Shown here one piece after another: positions 42,051 to 56,810 of a stretch of 64,000 bases of DNA. Below the pieces are notes generated by a model, which searched no databases, was not told the DNA's origin, and saw nothing but the letters and a program-made list of their open reading frames with translations. Position numbers and translations under genes: made by a program. Origin of the DNA: Octopus sinensis (Eukaryota); assembly GCF_006345805.1 (NCBI RefSeq), contig NC_043003.1:73842001-73906000 (forward strand), in the 5' to 3' direction. The stretch's first letter is position 1; every line of letters begins with the position of its first letter.

Positions 42051-43677
42051 AGATAGATAGCTAGCTAGCTAGCTAGATAGATAGATAGATAAAGGACTAA
42101 ATTGTACGGCACCATAATATTTCATGATTTTAGTGGGAAATTTCACAAAGACTCGAACACTATTGCTAAAAGTGCGGGGATCACAAACAACTTTTATCTG
42201 TAGCTCATTTGCTGGGACGATCTGGGGCATTAAGTATTGGAAATACGTTGCTTTAATATCAAGAGAGTAGATGAAATATTTTAAATAAAACGAACAACTT
42301 TAGAAAAGAGGTGCATCGAATATAAGAATAAATCACTATTGATGCAATGATATATTTGTTGTAAATAAATGCAGAATAAAGATTTCATGGTAGAGTAATT
42401 CAAGAATATAAAAAGCAAATTTCATGCAAATTGTACAACTGAATCGGAGACGGATTAATGCAGAATGACACTATTGGAGCAAATTCGAGAATTTTACTTT
42501 CAATTCTATCATAATAATGGAAGATGCATACAAAGTGGCGGGAAACTATATAAATATGATATCGAACCGTGTATTGAGCTGCAAATACTTAGAAACAATT
42601 CTGTTTTCGTAAGTTAGTAAACTACTTTGACAAAGAATGTCATAACAAATAATATCATCTACTTACACTTGTCATAGTTTCCCAACCAATCGCAGTTTTC
42701 TTACAGACTATGAATTTCCTTTCCCATCAATCAAAAATAATGTAGAGATATATCAGAATTAGTTGGAGCTTCAATATCATACTCGCGTGCAAGAAAATAC
42801 TCATTTCACATACACATTCTTTAAACGTAAACACTCGTGTACATAAGTCGGAAGATATACATATACCCACATATGACGTTTACTTCTATTATTCATTTAC
42901 GCAATTCAACCATCGAAATGCGGTCATACAAGAGGCATCAAGTTCATGGCTTTTAGTCCGTCATATCAACTTTTGCACTAATTTCAAATTGATATACATT
43001 TTATTGACCCCTATTGAATCACTACTAACGTGGAGTAATCACTCGATGTATATTTTAACACTAATGTACAGAAATATAGACACATACACAAATACAGAAA
43101 TGTGCAATATACCGATGCGTTTTGATTTCTATATTGATATATTTCGACTGGGATATATAAAGACAGAATATGCGAGTAACCTATCGTTGAGCAGGGACTG
43201 TTTTTAAACTTTTATCATAACATAATCTGCGATATATAATAATCTAGGATATATATCATATACGATATAATCTAGTATATACATGGAGAGGTCTAATTTG
43301 TAATTACAGATTGAAGGCTAACTGTAAAATTGTATTTGGTGTAATATCAGCTTTTCAGAAATCTCCGCAATAATTAATATAAAATACACGTTTTCCAGGA
43401 TTTTTATGGTTAACTTCCATATTGATCTAATTTTCTTTGAGGCTCACAATTACATAACCCAAAACATCACAAGAGGAACTCAATATCACTCCAACATCCT
43501 TATTTTTAGCAGATAGTGTTATCTTAATTTATTCACATATCACGCAGACAAGATGATCAACAATTACATACACACGCACACACATACACACACACATACA
43601 CACACACACACCACACACACACACACACCACACACACACACACATATATATATACACATTTATCTGTAAATGTAATA

Positions 43678-43985
43678 TGTGACAATTATCCGGTAACCAC
43701 GATAAAACTCCGAGTATCGGATGTCGGGGTGGAAATCTACGCCACCATCTCTTCAGTTAACCGGGCTCCGGAAAACATGCTATGGAAATGACAGTTAAAC
43801 AAAGGGAAATTACTGTGTGATTGACCGTTGTTGAGACATAAGAGCTCTTTCAATGACCGCTAAGTGAGGGAAGAGAGTAAAGTTAAGGGGGTAAAACGTA
43901 CTTAGTATTCGCGTAAGCGCGCATGTCTATATCTACCCCCTTAACATTACTCCCTCCCCTCACTTAGCCGTACAGAGTGAGCAGA
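43678..43985 (-). mobile_element. Short element with a hammerhead-like motif and a second hairpin (Penelope pLTR-like)
   Basis: Starts TGTGAC next to (CA)/(TA); HHR-like motif on the minus strand at 43700-43763; imperfect hairpin at 43859-43968. Confidence 0.55.
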
Positions 43986-44299
43986 GTAATAACAATATGG
44001 AACACTATCCAATGGGCTAAATTATAAATTTATAGATATAAACCTTTATGTACATTTGGATAATTGAGGATAATATAGTGTACGTAATACCTCAGAATCC
44101 CTACATGTCTGCACCCCATATCTGCTACATTCATCCAAATAATACATTTATTTGCATCTACATCTGATATTTCCCCTACCCTCGGACATAAATTGAATAT
44201 CATCCAACTACAGAACAAATTAATTATTTAATTTGTTAGCTGGAAATGCTTGGGTTACCCCACCTTTATATGTACATGGATTTACCGTTAGATGTATTT

Positions 44300-44500
<201 letters not shown>

Positions 44501-45610
44501 GTAAACATTTTTCTTCAAACTACTGCCCCGCTTACCTTAAACACTCAATGAAGCACATAATTAAATAATTTAATGCTATAACACAGTGCCATCCATTTAA
44601 TACTTTATGTCCATTATTCTATATTTTACTAGTATAGGTTTTAGCAATAAATAACTCTAACTCAGAAAAACAAGCAATCGATCCGGTCCGTTCTATTTGT
44701 TGTCCCTTGTCAGATAATCCTCCTTATTACGCCTTCCAACAAAAATGAATCCTCCTATATTATGTTTAACAACATAGCCGATTCCCCTGGTAGATGCATA
44801 TGTATTTATATTTGTATTTTTTATTTTATACGTTTGTAAAAATTTATTTTTTCTTATGCTCTTCCTTAAATCATATCCCCTTAGTCATATTGCTTTAGTT
44901 ATCGCACTCATTCACAGTCATTTATTTAGTTATTTATTTCTCTAAATTTAATTTAATTTGATTTAATTTAATATTGTTTGAATGTTATTTTGCTCTCCTA
45001 CTTGCCCATAGTGGTCATGGCTTTTTAACCATTTATTCTATAAATAATTTATTTAGTCATATATTCATCTGTTTTGTTTTTGTGTTATCAATTAGTCATC
45101 AACAAACCAGAACCGCGTCATAATTTTCAAAATCATAGCTTACCAATTAAGTTGCAGGACTGACCATAACCACTACACACAAGGATTCAGGGACTGTTGA
45201 TCGAAAAAGTAACGAACACGAACACCATGGTGCCATACTCGCTTTAATACAAACTAAGATTTTACATATAAATTTCCACCTCCGAAACACGGACCATACT
45301 TCACCCCATACTTTCAAACACACCACTGTAAACACAAATATAACGTGTATTTATATGTAAACAAAATAAAAACAACTGCCTAAATTTACTCTTCCTAAAA
45401 AGACTCATCTTTAGAAGGAATATATTCACATATCCACCACTGGACAAAATAACATGAATTTTGGAAGGCAACACTTGAAGTCTATGACTTATTTCTCTTT
45501 CCTATACCTAATCCATTTTACTAAATTTTACTCCTCTACACTCTAAGTCTTGCTCCTATTCTTCTTATGCCCCCTTCAAGAAGAAAATATACTGTGCCTA
45601 TTAGTAACTG

Positions 45611-45950
45611 ACTCTTGTATGTATCGGCTCTCCTAGGCATTAAAACCCTCCGGCGAAACTCTATCTGTTCATCCTTTCAGGACACTGAAGAGATGGAGCT
45701 AGCATGGAGGATATAATGACCTCTTGGCAGAAACGGGAACTGATCTTTAATATTTTACTCCTGTATGTATTGGCTCTTCTAGATTTTAAAACCTTCTGAC
45801 GAAGCCTGGAGGTACACTCAACCTCCAAACTCTATCTACTCATCCTTTCAGAACACTCAAGAGATGGAGCTAGCATGGAGGATAGCATGGCCTCTTGGCA
45901 GAAACGGCCGTAGGGAACTGATCTTTTAATCTTTTACTCTTTTATGTATT
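45611..45950 (+). mobile_element. Tandem pLTR-like units with hammerhead core remnants
   Basis: Units start at 45611, 45757 and (partial) 45936; CTGAAGA at 45685, CTGACGA at 45796, GAAAC-GGCC-GTA at 45901-45912. Confidence 0.65.
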
Positions 45951-46265
45951 ACTAGTTTATATTTTTTACCACACAATCTTTGCATGTTTATGTATTCTTA
46001 TAATACTCCCTTTTGTTTTGGAATAAATAGACATAATAGAATTCTACCGGTTGATGTATGTCATTTTCGTATCCCCCGAACTTTCTCTTTGCCGTATAAA
46101 TTAAGGTTAAACCACTTTTTAACCCCACGCATATATGAGACTCGATTGCGAAATTGCCACGCGATAACCAGCACTTGGGTATTACTAATTGGGAACATTA
46201 CCAGCAGTATATCGGAAGCCAACCAGTTATGGTTGGCTTCCCAACCTCTAACTCTCATGGAAATG

Positions 46266-46267
46266 TA

Positions 46268-46346
<79 letters not shown>

Positions 46347-46385
46347 ATCTATCTATCTATCTATCTATCTATCTAGCTAGCTAGA
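46266..46385. repeat. (TATC)n microsatellite
   Basis: Directly visible. Confidence 0.97.
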
Positions 46386-46443
46386 TGTGGTGCTCCAGCA
46401 TGGCCGAAGTCAAATGACTGAAACAAATAAAATAATAAAAGAA
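46385..46443 (+). mobile_element. SINE S1, 3' terminal fragment
   Basis: GGTGCTCCAGCATGGCCGAAGTCAAATGACTGAAACAAATAAAA is the reverse complement of the S1 end at 5821-5870. Confidence 0.75.
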
Positions 46444-46599
46444 TGCACACACATGTATCCTGAGATAGAATGAGAGTAAGAGGAAGATATACAGACTAAC
46501 TGTATGAGAAATAGGCAAACAGAATCGTCAAACATTATGGTATTTTACGCGATCTTGTAAGAAACGAAAATCACTATCATGAGAATAGGGAGAATGGTC

Positions 46600-47400
46600 A
46601 ACTAGTTCAAAGTCACAGTAACACACAGCAGTACACAAGGGCTTGTGTACTGGAGCATTGTCTTGAAAGAGCAAATCCCTTTTCCTCAGTTGTTCTGGAC
46701 GTTTGATCGTGATAGCCTTTGGTAACTACTTCAGCAATTTGGAATCGTACTTTCCATTGATGGTGTGACACTTTTGAAGATTGTTAATAAACACCAAGCC
46801 TTTTACATACAAAAAAACTAAGGCCATTATCTTCCCTGCAGATGAAACGGTCTTGGCCTTGCTTGAGGCAGGTCAGGAGGAGTGCTTCCTCTGCATGACT
46901 TGTCTCTGGCTCAAAGTAGTAAACAAAACAACCATCATGGATCGGGAATTTTTCCAGAAAACCGGCTCTATCTGTCTCAAACGAAGTTAGATTTTTCCCA
47001 TGAGGTGTTCACCTCAATGTGCTTGATCAGGTGTCCAGAGATCTGGCACCCAGAGAGCGGAGATATCCGTCGTGCCAAGATCATGTTGCAGATTATTCAC
47101 AACTTTCACACAGAATATAGCATCGGCTATTTGATTTATAGCCACTCACCTTTTATCCATCAACATGTTTTGAACACTGGCGGCCGGTGCAGGATGTTCA
47201 GACCATTGTTCATTTTCAAGACTATCTCTTCCCCTTTTGAATTCAGATGCTAACGTTTGCAATACTGATGGAGCTGGCAGTTCAAGCCCTGATGTTGTAG
47301 CCATGTCAGTATGAATATCATTGGGGTATGGACACTTTTCCAGTAGGTATTCTTTCACGAGACCTCGCAACTAATTACTTGTAGTTGATTTTGAAGTCCT
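46600..47400 (-). mobile_element. Mariner remnant, irritans (Himar1/Hsmar2)-like
   Basis: SEFKRGRDSLE, SALWVP, SKAKTVSSAGKIMALVF, HTINGKY and IKRP, with many stops; no clear TIRs. Confidence 0.8.
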
Positions 47401-50400
47401 TTTCTTAACAGTAAGATATCAGTTTATCTGTGAAATTTATGCATGCAAGATTCCACACGTCTATCGTCTCTTCTTCATAGTCGGCCTATGAATCTTTTAG
47501 TAAGTCGTCATATTGCGACTCACCGTCATAGAAAAAAAAAGACTAGATTATTGAGTTTACGTCAAGGTCAATGTAAAATCAACTATTTCATCTTGATTTA
47601 TCATTGCTATCCAAATCTACTTCTTGTTGCAAATCCTACTTTTGGTGTGTGTATCTTCGATGATCAGCATGGATGAAATAAAGGTGTGAAATAAACTTGG
47701 CTATATTAGTTTCATTAAAGTGCATTCATGCCAGATTTTTCGTAATTCCATCTAAAATGAAAAGGAAGGCATATGGAATACATATAATCATGTAAGACCC
47801 TGTTCTGATGAATCTTTGTTTCCCTTTATTTTGCATAGTTAATTTTGCCTGCAATATCATGTACATGTTGTAGATACATTTTTGATAAATCTCAGTTCTT
47901 GTGCCTAGCAATATATACATTCATATCTTTAGTCCAAACGCTTAACAATTTATTAGAAATGAGAGCGCTAACCCCCTCCCCCCAAAAAATAAAGCACGTT
48001 ATGGAAAAAGAGATTAAGAAAAAATTCAGGAACGTTACGAAAAATGTTATACTATTGATTGTTCCCTATGACATGTTATTTTCCTTATAACAAACCGAAT
48101 TAATAATTACAAAGATACACGCAATATGGAGTAATTTAAACTGAGTGTTTTACAAAAATATTTGGCATTACAGTAGCTTTGAAGAAATCTTATAAAACCC
48201 ATATGGACTTTAAACAAGAAATCTATATTACTTTTCTTGAATGTAGGTTTGAGAATATTGGTTGAGTTTATATACCAAATGAACTACTGGATTGCCATTC
48301 TTGAAAATAGAACTAATTCAATTGCCGTGTCTACATAGGTTTTGCTAAGGTTTTCCTGGAAATACATGGAGAAATAATGTTCGATATGTTGGAAAGAAAA
48401 AAAGCTTGCACTATATATGCTAAAGACAGCTGAACAATATGCTTGACATCTTTGAATATTGATAGAAAGAATGAAGGGGTTTCGAAACGCACAACGTTTT
48501 ATCTTTCGAAATAATTTTAAATCTTGATTTATTGCATTAATCACACCATACAAGCGAAAAGTACTGGATTGAAAAATGATAGAATGAGACACGCGTGATG
48601 ACAAGTTAGTAAATAACGAAAATAACATTGCATTTCACAACAACAAATGGGCCTTTCAGATATGTGCACTTCATAGAAAAGATTGTAAAAAGAGATTTAA
48701 CACAATTACAGAATAAATTCGATATACTGAACCGAAAGCAAAATCTCATGAGAGTCTTATAAAAAAAATGTTTGTGTATAATATTGAGGGATCCAGCTTG
48801 GTGATTCAATGAAAACACGCAGCAAGGATATCAATTCACATTATTAAATTTATTTTCTACAGCTAATATATAAAATTAAAATATTAATGTAATAGTGCCA
48901 AATACAAATGCCGCTGTAATCAGTCACGAAGTAGTACATGACAAATATTTTCCTCATCTGAATTCTCTACATAACGTGGGAAATTATGAACGGTGCAGCG
49001 CGCACGTATGATAATTCTATATAAACTGGAATGTAGCCATAAAATTGTATTTAATAAAGAGAGTTAATATGACACCATGTGGAAGATTGGTTTAGACGTT
49101 TCACATTCCTGTACCGTAAGTGAATAAGTTCCTTTCTGGAAAAGAAATTACATTATTACACTGATGTAGGTTAGGCTTTGAAGCTCTCACCAATGTCCAT
49201 ATTGTGTAAATATCGCAATTTGCACACTATGAATAATTTCACATGGCATATTCATTATAACAATAATTGTCATTATTATTTGATGATGTGCGTTGTAATT
49301 TCATGAAGACAAAGCTTATGTTAAAATATATTGGCTTTGTTATAGTATACATATGTTGCCAGCATAAACCTCATATCATTCTTACTTAGGCGTCAAAGGT
49401 ACATGAAAATATAAGAAAGATTAGTATAAGTATAGACATCAATAGTCATTAGCCTTCATTTTCTCAACTATAGATTTCATGTCCAAATGTAAATAGCAAA
49501 GAACAGTTCTTCAAAATGTATTTTCAACGCGTGTGCCTCAAAATTTCAGTAATTTTACAATTTTCTCTTTCTTTGTCAACATAATACCATGTTAATATTA
49601 TCCCTCAGGCAATGTTATTTTTGTTGTCATTACGTTGTTGTTGTTTCATTTCGTTTTTACAGCTACCTTAATGTTTTTTAATAGTTTCATTCATTGAACT
49701 AATGTGATACAGCATACCGTAATGTTAGGCGATATGTATTACAATACTTATAGATCGTTATTAACCTCATTGCCATACAATACCATTATTTTCTTACGTC
49801 GTGTCGTTAGACGTGTTTCTAATAATGCTGATGTAATAAGGGTTATAGATATTGTTGAACTCCTGGAGAACTATTGTAATCTCATGAGCAGGCTAGTAAT
49901 GATGAGATTAAATTCATTTGTAATTATAAGCCGAGGAACAGGCTAGTAATGAGCGAGATTAAATTCTTTGTAATTATGAGAGAAATATCTAGGGAAATAC
50001 GGGAACTGGATTTTTGAAATATGCATGAAGCGTAAGAACATATAGTTTCAATCACTTGCCTAGCCTAGCTTTCACTGCTGCGTTAAATGTGTTGCGCATT
50101 AGATGTCAATGGTTGTCAAACAATGGCAGGTATTAACAAATCAGTTGATTTGAAGTACTATAGTCTGCAGGCATAGTTGATATTTTATGCTAAGATAAGT
50201 GTATTATGTTAATATGTTGTAATTAACCAATGGCTGCATGCCCTAATAGTTGTGGACGGAATTAATGGCATAAAACAAATAAATTTAACTGAACGAATTA
50301 TGTTACTGTTAAAATGGAAGTCAGAAAAACGAATTTAGCAAGTGTAATTGTAATAATATTAGTACTATTTTCAATAATCTTATCTAGGTGTAACACATTA

Positions 50401-51219
50401 ATCATTAATACAGTAATAAGGAATTGTATCAGTGAGACATCTGATGTAAATTGAAATAAATAGCAAGGGCATACAGTAAAAAACAACACTACACCGCAAT
50501 GATTTCACGTATTGGATGTAGAATATCGTAGTTTACCTGTCACATGCTGGATTGTTACTTATTCTGTCGATGAGTGGATTCCAGCCCAAAATGAATTTAG
50601 AAAATAAATATCAATAAGCAAATCATCTTTTGGTCTCCTTAACGAAACCCCTAATATTCTAACTGTGTTTACACGTTTCATAAAGACATAAATTTTAACA
50701 ATCCTGCGATTCGTAGTTCTTCCAAATATTTTCTGCTTTGATAAAACGTCCATAAAATCAAGAAAATTAGAACTCATATACATCCTCCATCGACATCGTA
50801 TCTGAATGCAAAATCTGAACAATCAACGTGTTATTTAACGTATTTTATGATATTTTTGACAAATTCTTAAAAAATATAAGCAATAAATCTTTTTCGTAAA
50901 AATATCCTTAAATGCGGCATAGAAACATTTTGCTCATTCCGCAAAGATGTGAGTAAGACATTAAAACGTAGCTGCTTCTTTTTTTTAAGTCCAGGTTTTA
51001 AGGTGTGCTCAAAAGGTTATTCTACAAGCCTTTAGAACGTAACGTGAATTCATGTTGTCTGTTACGATATAAGTAAAATGTGGTTGTGGCGAATTGTGAA
51101 ACAATACATACTCCACACTCAAACACGCATACTTTCACACATACAAGCACACACACACACACACAATATATATATATACATACATATATATACATACACA
51201 CACACACACACACACAATA

Positions 51220-51271
<52 letters not shown>

Positions 51272-51357
51272 GTCAATAATAAAAGGGTGCCTAGGATAAC
51301 TCATATCAGACGGGTATGTTCGATTTATAGTGCTCTCAAATTTAAACCTAACGAAAT

Positions 51358-51441
51358 CTTGGGCTGATGACGGTAATGTTGATAGGAGTATGTATTTCTA
51401 GCATCTCTATATCTAACTAGTCCAGAAACAGCGTTCTCAAG
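51358..51441 (+). ncRNA. Type-I hammerhead motif, copy 1
   Basis: CTTGGG-CTGATGA-CGGT...TCCA-GAAA-C(AGC)G-TT-CTCAAG; helix I is 6 bp with one G.U; predicted cut after 51435. Confidence 0.6.
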
Positions 51442-51939
51442 TAATCGATGTACGTGTGATCTTTCGTTATTTTTCCCTCTATACCTACGTGAATTATTTA
51501 TGAATATACATTGTCTGGGATATTTTTCTTATAGTAGAAGAAAGGGCTAAATTTTTTGGCTGCTATTTCTAAAAGTTCGGTGTGTGGTAAAGTAATTTTT
51601 TTTACTGAACCCTAATTATATAACGTAATGTTTTAAATATACCGTAAATGGTATTTTTACATACTGAACACTACTTGGTAAAATTATTAATTAATAATTA
51701 ATTAATTTTACCCTTTTATTATTGACAATATAATTCTCTCTCCCTGATAATAAACTACAGATCCTCTGTAGCGATTTGTTGCTCTATAACTTACGTGGGT
51801 GGACGGGGATGGATACAAAGCCTCATTGGTACTTTTTGAATTCGTTAGTACTGGCGGTCGAAGATGGTTTGTCTGGGATTACTCATATCAGACGGGTATG
51901 TTCGATTTTTAGTGCTCTCAAATTTAAACCTAACGAAAT

Positions 51940-52023
51940 CTTGGGCTGATGACGGAAATGTTGATAGGAGTATGTATATCTAGCATCTCTATATCTAGCT
52001 AATCCAGAAACGGCGTTCTCAAG
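51940..52023 (+). ncRNA. Type-I hammerhead motif, copy 2
   Basis: CTTGGG-CTGATGA-C-GGA...TCC-A-GAAA-C(GGC)G-TT-CTCAAG; predicted cut after 52017. Confidence 0.68.
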
Positions 52024-52219
52024 TAATCAATGTACGTGTGATCTTTCGTTATTTTTCCCTCTATACCTACGTGAATTATTTTTGAGTATACATTGTCTGG
52101 GAGACTTTTCTTATAGTAGAGAAAATAGCTAAATTTTTTGGTTGCTATTTCTAAAAGTTCGGTGTGTGGTAAAATACATTTTTTTTACTGAACCCTAATT
52201 ATATAGCGTAATATAAAAA

Positions 52220-52223
<4 letters not shown>

Positions 52224-52284
<61 letters not shown>

Positions 52285-52289
52285 AGAAG

Positions 52290-52340
<51 letters not shown>
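52224..52340. repeat. (TA)n-(GA)n microsatellite
   Basis: Directly visible. Confidence 0.95.
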
Positions 52341-52411
52341 ACGTGTGTTTGAAAAGGTTAATCAAAGTGCTCATACACGAAAGGAAAAACTTTTTCTAAC
52401 AAAGGTTAGTA

Positions 52412-53328
52412 ATATCGGGGTAAAAGATTTAACTTTTATCTTTTAAATAATTGTCTAAAAATCATCCCCTTTATACTTTATATTGCTGCTGATTAGATCT
52501 TTTGTCTTGAATAGCCGTGTTGTGTCGTACCGCGTTAACCGTTTCGTTACGTTCAAGCAATTCGTAATGGATAATCCCTTCCCAGCACAACATCGTCTTA
52601 CGCAGGTGAAGATCTTGTTTCCCGCCCAGTGTCGCATGTTTACCGGGTCTAAGCCATTCCTTTCGCTGCTTCATATTGATGTACAGGTACATTTTCCGTC
52701 GCCAGTAACGATTTGGTAAAGAAATCGCTGCTTATATCCATGAGTTCAGCGGTGACGAACAAGCAAACCAGTGGAGATTATGGGTCGTCGATTCTTGTTG
52801 TTGTCACTTAAAGCATGCGGAACTCATGCACCATACTTCTGAACCTTTCCCATCGAGTGAAGATGCTTCTCTATAGTAGTGTGGGAGCATTCCATTTTCT
52901 CTGTCAGTTCCTTTGTCGTTTGACGAGAATTTTCGTGCAAAAAAGTTGGTTCAATCGTTCTTCATCGAACTCAACTGGACGGCCAGAACGAAGTGCTCCT
53001 TTGACTTGGCATACCAATCACGGGCGGTTCTTTAATCTATGGCACCCTCTACATACACAGCACATATGTCGCGAGCAGCTTTTCCGGCGGTCTTAGAAAC
53101 TTGATTAAAAGCAAAAAGATGGAGGTGTCGAAAATGCTCGTTTTTCTTAACTTGACATTCCATTTTAATGATCTGCAAATAAAAAAAAATTAACTAAAAT
53201 TAACTAAAAAAAATAGATTCCAAAATTATTTAAAAATATTATTCTCGAAATAACTTGATCCCGAAATTTTATAGCGCAATAAATTCCAAAATAAAAAAAA
53301 AGCGGCAGGTACTTATTTTCCAACCCAA
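52412..53328 (-). mobile_element. Mariner, internally deleted; same family as 40985-41725
   Basis: IVTGDG, MYLYINMKQRKEWLRPGK and WEGIIHYELLERNETVNA, then a jump to KGDDF; TIR TTGGGTTGGAAAATAAGT with TA. Confidence 0.9.
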
Positions 53329-53548
<220 letters not shown>

Positions 53549-53594
53549 TGAATTGAAGAAATGGAGTTGAACGAAGATTGAACAGAAATCGTTT

Positions 53595-53687
53595 TATTGC
53601 ATTCTACACGTGTTTCGAAAGGCACAATTTACCAAATTCCGATTGAATAAGGAGACCATATTGTGTCTTTCTCTTCAGGAAGAAATA
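53595..53687 (-). ncRNA. Mirror copy of the same hammerhead on the minus strand
   Basis: Follows from the perfect palindrome. Confidence 0.85.
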
Positions 53688-53854
53688 GGAAATCCGTTGG
53701 AAAAAACAAAAACAGAACAGAGGCGGAGCAAAACAAATCGAACGAGGCTCCTAAGAGCCCATGGCCAAACAGTTTGGCCATGGGCTCTTAGGAGCCTCGT
53801 TCGATTTGTTTTGCTCCGCCTCTGTTCTGTTTTTGTTTTTTCCAACGGATTTCC

Positions 53855-53947
53855 TATTTCTTCCTGAAGAGAAAGACACAATATGGTCTCCTTATTCAAT
53901 CGGAATTTGGTAAATTGTGCCTTTCGAAACACGTGTAGAATGCAATA
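53855..53947 (+). ncRNA. Canonical type-I hammerhead ribozyme motif
   Basis: TTC-CTGAAGA-GAAAGACACAAT...ATTGTGCCTTTC-GAAA-C(ACGT)G-TA-GAA: helix II 11/12 bp starting with G-C, palindromic helix III, GUA site (cut after 53937), AATAAA at 53944. Confidence 0.85.
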
Positions 53948-54151
53948 AAACGATTTCTGTTCAATCTTCGTTCAACTCCATTTCTTCAATTCACTAATAA
54001 TATTAAAATTCAATTATCCGCACCAACGCACGGTTGCAACACCATAGGGTTGTACCTCCAACCGTGCTGTCTTCTGCTGTGATTTTTGCTACCAAGGTAT
54101 CGGTTAAACTTTTGATTAATCTGCAACAAGATTATTCATCTTTCTATTTCA

Positions 54152-54154
<3 letters not shown>

Positions 54155-54239
<85 letters not shown>

Positions 54240-54275
54240 ATAGTATATGTATATGTATATATATATATATACATA
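54155..54275. repeat. (TA)n microsatellite
   Basis: Directly visible. Confidence 0.95.
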
Positions 54276-56339
54276 TAACAGGATTTATAGCATATCAGTC
54301 AAAGAACCTCGGAAGCTCATAATTTTGTCAAGACACAGACCGAGAGCTATTAGCGTACTTGTCAAGAATGCATTTTCTTTCACGCACTACTTTCGCAAAC
54401 ATTCGTCTTTGAAACGCAACGATAAACTATTGGGGCAGTAGGAGCTGTATGCATGCAAAAATGCGGTTCCTTTTGGGGTCATCTTGCTCCTTCATATCGA
54501 CCCTATTTGGTTGATAAACGGCTAGTGAAAGAGCAATGCACGAACACAGCGATAGATTTAGCATCTGAATCCACGCCTACAATGAAGTTCAGCATCTTGC
54601 ACTTTATGACCATTATATTTATCATGATAGTGTGACTCAATCTGCACGATCTTTTGCGTAGTTATAGACCGCTTACGAACATTTTGTGTAAGGTCAGGGA
54701 CTGTATGATGCTCTTTATTAGTACAATTATCAAGAACTTATTCACTTTAAATATGAATTCGCATGCCTAACATCATCAACATATTTAAAATTATTAATCG
54801 ACAACACATAAACACAAATAGGAGAGCTTCAGTACTTAAGTAACATGATTTTGTAGCAGTTCAATGTATGGTGAAACACGCTTCTAGATGAATTTATTAC
54901 GTATTAGATATTTAAGCTGGAAATGTTTGCTTAGCGTATGTACACTGATTGTAGTCACTGACTCAAAAAATTAGAATAAATCAAATGACATTTATCGCGA
55001 AAAAAATTCACAAGTAGTCAAAGAAGCACTTACAAAACTCAGTTTCGAAAGTAGATGGAGTTGTTAGAACGGGAATTGAAAAAAAATCTTCCCTCCTAGA
55101 AATTTAAGGATTTCGTAAAGATAATGAAAGCAATCGAATCATGTGAAAAATTGTCGAAATTCCAATGAATAATTATAAATTATATTCAAATATACGCCAA
55201 TGTCAGCCAGTTATCCCTATTCAAAATATAAATGATAGGATCGTTGTTGAGAGGACAATTTCTGCATTGGGAAACGATTTAGCTTGGGTCTGAATCAAGA
55301 GAATATATTGTTATGAATTTTGCCATAGAGCCAAATGTAAATGAATATACCACATAAAATATTAACCCAGCCGAGTAAATTGACGCCAAATCACACAGAG
55401 AATTTTAGGTATTAATAACAGATTATTTTGAATTGTTTATCACTTAAGATATGGAATGAAAATGTAACTGACAAGAATTGCAGGATTGGAGCTGTACAAA
55501 CACCCCATAATATGTAACGCCTTGGAAATTAAAACAGCGCAGAAAATATATACCGAAAATTTTCAAGTGTTACACATACACAGTAAAGAAAACCACTGTA
55601 AATCATGAAATGTAAACTTCTTTTAAAAAATTGCAAAAAATGAAAAGAAAAGTATCATAATGAAAACAGACAGATTACTCCTGGCACTGCAGTGAATGAA
55701 CACATTGAAGATAAAACTACTGAATGTATATTAAAAATAAATTTAAAGTGAACCGTTCTTGCTACTTTGAAATCAACGAAAGGAAATGCTTGTAGCGAGA
55801 GCTGAAATAACTATACAAAACCTAAAATTACCGAAAGCTTAATAGTCAATCAATTCACTAAGTTTGATACCTCATGCCACTACAAAAATAACTGAAAATT
55901 TATATTGAATAAATACTATCAGTGGAATAGCAACGTCTATTGAAATATTTAATAACCGGATTGCTTTCAATCAATTTAAACGCCAGCCATCGCTAAATTC
56001 GCCTATAGACAGCTCATGAAATATGTATCATTTAGCAGACGACATGTCGATGGAAAATATCAATAAAGATATCAAGAGCTCAGTCATTAAATACACTATA
56101 ACATTTCAGTGAAATTTTTCCATTTAACATTTTAGAGAGAGTATACACATACATACACACGAATATATATATTCGAAATTACATAATTCCACACACCGCA
56201 CACATACACACACACACACACAACACACACACACACACACACCTACAAACACACATGAACTGACGTGTGCTGTACACGTATGTGTATGTGTGAATATCAC
56301 AGTGCATGGATTGCTTTCTCTCTGTCTTTATTTATACAC

Positions 56340-56810
<471 letters not shown>

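Larger units (their letters stand above)
51290..52211 (+). mobile_element. Direct-repeat (pLTR/retrozyme-like) element: two ~340-bp repeats with 582-bp period, each carrying a hammerhead
   Basis: Repeats at 51290-51629 and 51872-52211, roughly 93% identical by eye; (TA)n lies within about 20 bp on both sides. Confidence 0.8.

Noticed and set aside
53610-53932. Two identical 85-aa ORFs on opposite strands
   Set aside because: A by-product of the palindrome; TTG/GTG starts and no protein family features.
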